Source: Dudresnaya verticillata
Taxonomy: Eukaryota
Assembly (NCBI GenBank): GCA_977862235.1
Contig: OZ374563.1
Coordinates: 62,001 to 126,000 of the forward strand
DNA length: 64,000 bases
Direction: 5' to 3'
Shown: positions 63,593-64,000 of the stretch, piece after piece
Layout: every line of letters begins with the position of its first letter
Numbering within the stretch: the stretch's first letter is position 1
Made by a program: the position numbers and the translations under genes
The notes under the pieces: generated by a model
The model's input: only the letters and a program-made list of their open reading frames with translations
Databases searched by the model: none
What the model was told of the DNA's origin: nothing

Positions 63593-64000
63593 AGAGCTGT
63601 TCAGAAGGGACGAGGAGGTAGGGCTGGGCGGCTAGTCGATTCGGCACGGTTGCCGGTCAGGTCCGTTCCTTTTTTCCTCTCGTTTATCAGTCTAGCAATG
63701 AGGAGTCTGCTTAAATGCTGTTCTCGTTTTCTCCTCTCTGGGCTGTAGCGCCCTCTTCGCGGCGATGCACTTCGGCGATGTTTTCATGAGCATTTGTTCG
63801 CGAATTGTGCTAGCACTTATTCCGGTTGCACATTTGCCTTGGTGAAGGGGCGTGAGTATTTGTATTCGTGAGTGTGCGAATTGGCCTGGTGGTTCTCGTG
63901 CTCGTCGATTAGCATTGCATTGTATTGCTTTCGTTTCGTATTGCATTTCCTCGTAGTGCTCGTGAGCTGGCTTTGTTTTGTATTGCTTTCGATTTGTTGT
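63566..64000 (-). repeat. Copia 5' LTR (cut by the window edge)
   Basis: Matches 31048-31482. Confidence 0.95.

Larger units (their letters stand above)
44165..64000 (-). mobile_element. Ty1/Copia element (full length once nested insertions are removed; 5' LTR would end at ~64013)
   Basis: 3' LTR 44165-44612, PPT-like GGGGGACA, gag-INT-RT-RNaseH order, 5' LTR from 63566, left TSD ACAGT (44160-44164). Confidence 0.95.

Overview
Eukaryotic, transposon-dense DNA. The near-absence of introns and the element types resemble florideophyte red algae, but that is inference. There is no rRNA, tRNA or CRISPR. (1) 1-25 kb: six large, mostly decayed, intron-poor genes. They include a ~1,450-codon CMC/EnSpm(CACTA)-type DDE transposase pseudogene, a PhyH-like 2OG-oxygenase-fold ORF, a catalytically dead Upf1/Sen1-like helicase-like gene and an intact Tudor-like ORF. 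Four dense GAAAGGAC(G) arrays lie between them, and two of the arrays end in CCGTG at identical spacing. This looks like a giant multi-gene DNA transposon. (2) 25-35 kb: an LTR-element remnant, the 5' half of a Ty1/Copia element carrying a solo LTR, and a PIF/Harbinger remnant. (3) 34.7-44.2 kb: an inverted duplication of a secreted Cys-rich/Ser-Pro-stalk gene, one copy intact and one pseudogenised. Its C-terminal 8-Cys domain is hypervariable while the flanking DNA is conserved. (4) 44.2-64 kb: a Ty1/Copia element (448-bp LTRs) hit by two solo LTRs. One of these is itself hit by a complete 12.8-kb Ty3/Gypsy chromovirus (848-bp LTRs, TSD GTGTA) that carries a 635-codon antisense accessory ORF and a second internal PPT. 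28154-31482 is ~99.7% identical to 60672-64000, suggesting a 32,518-bp tandem segmental duplication.
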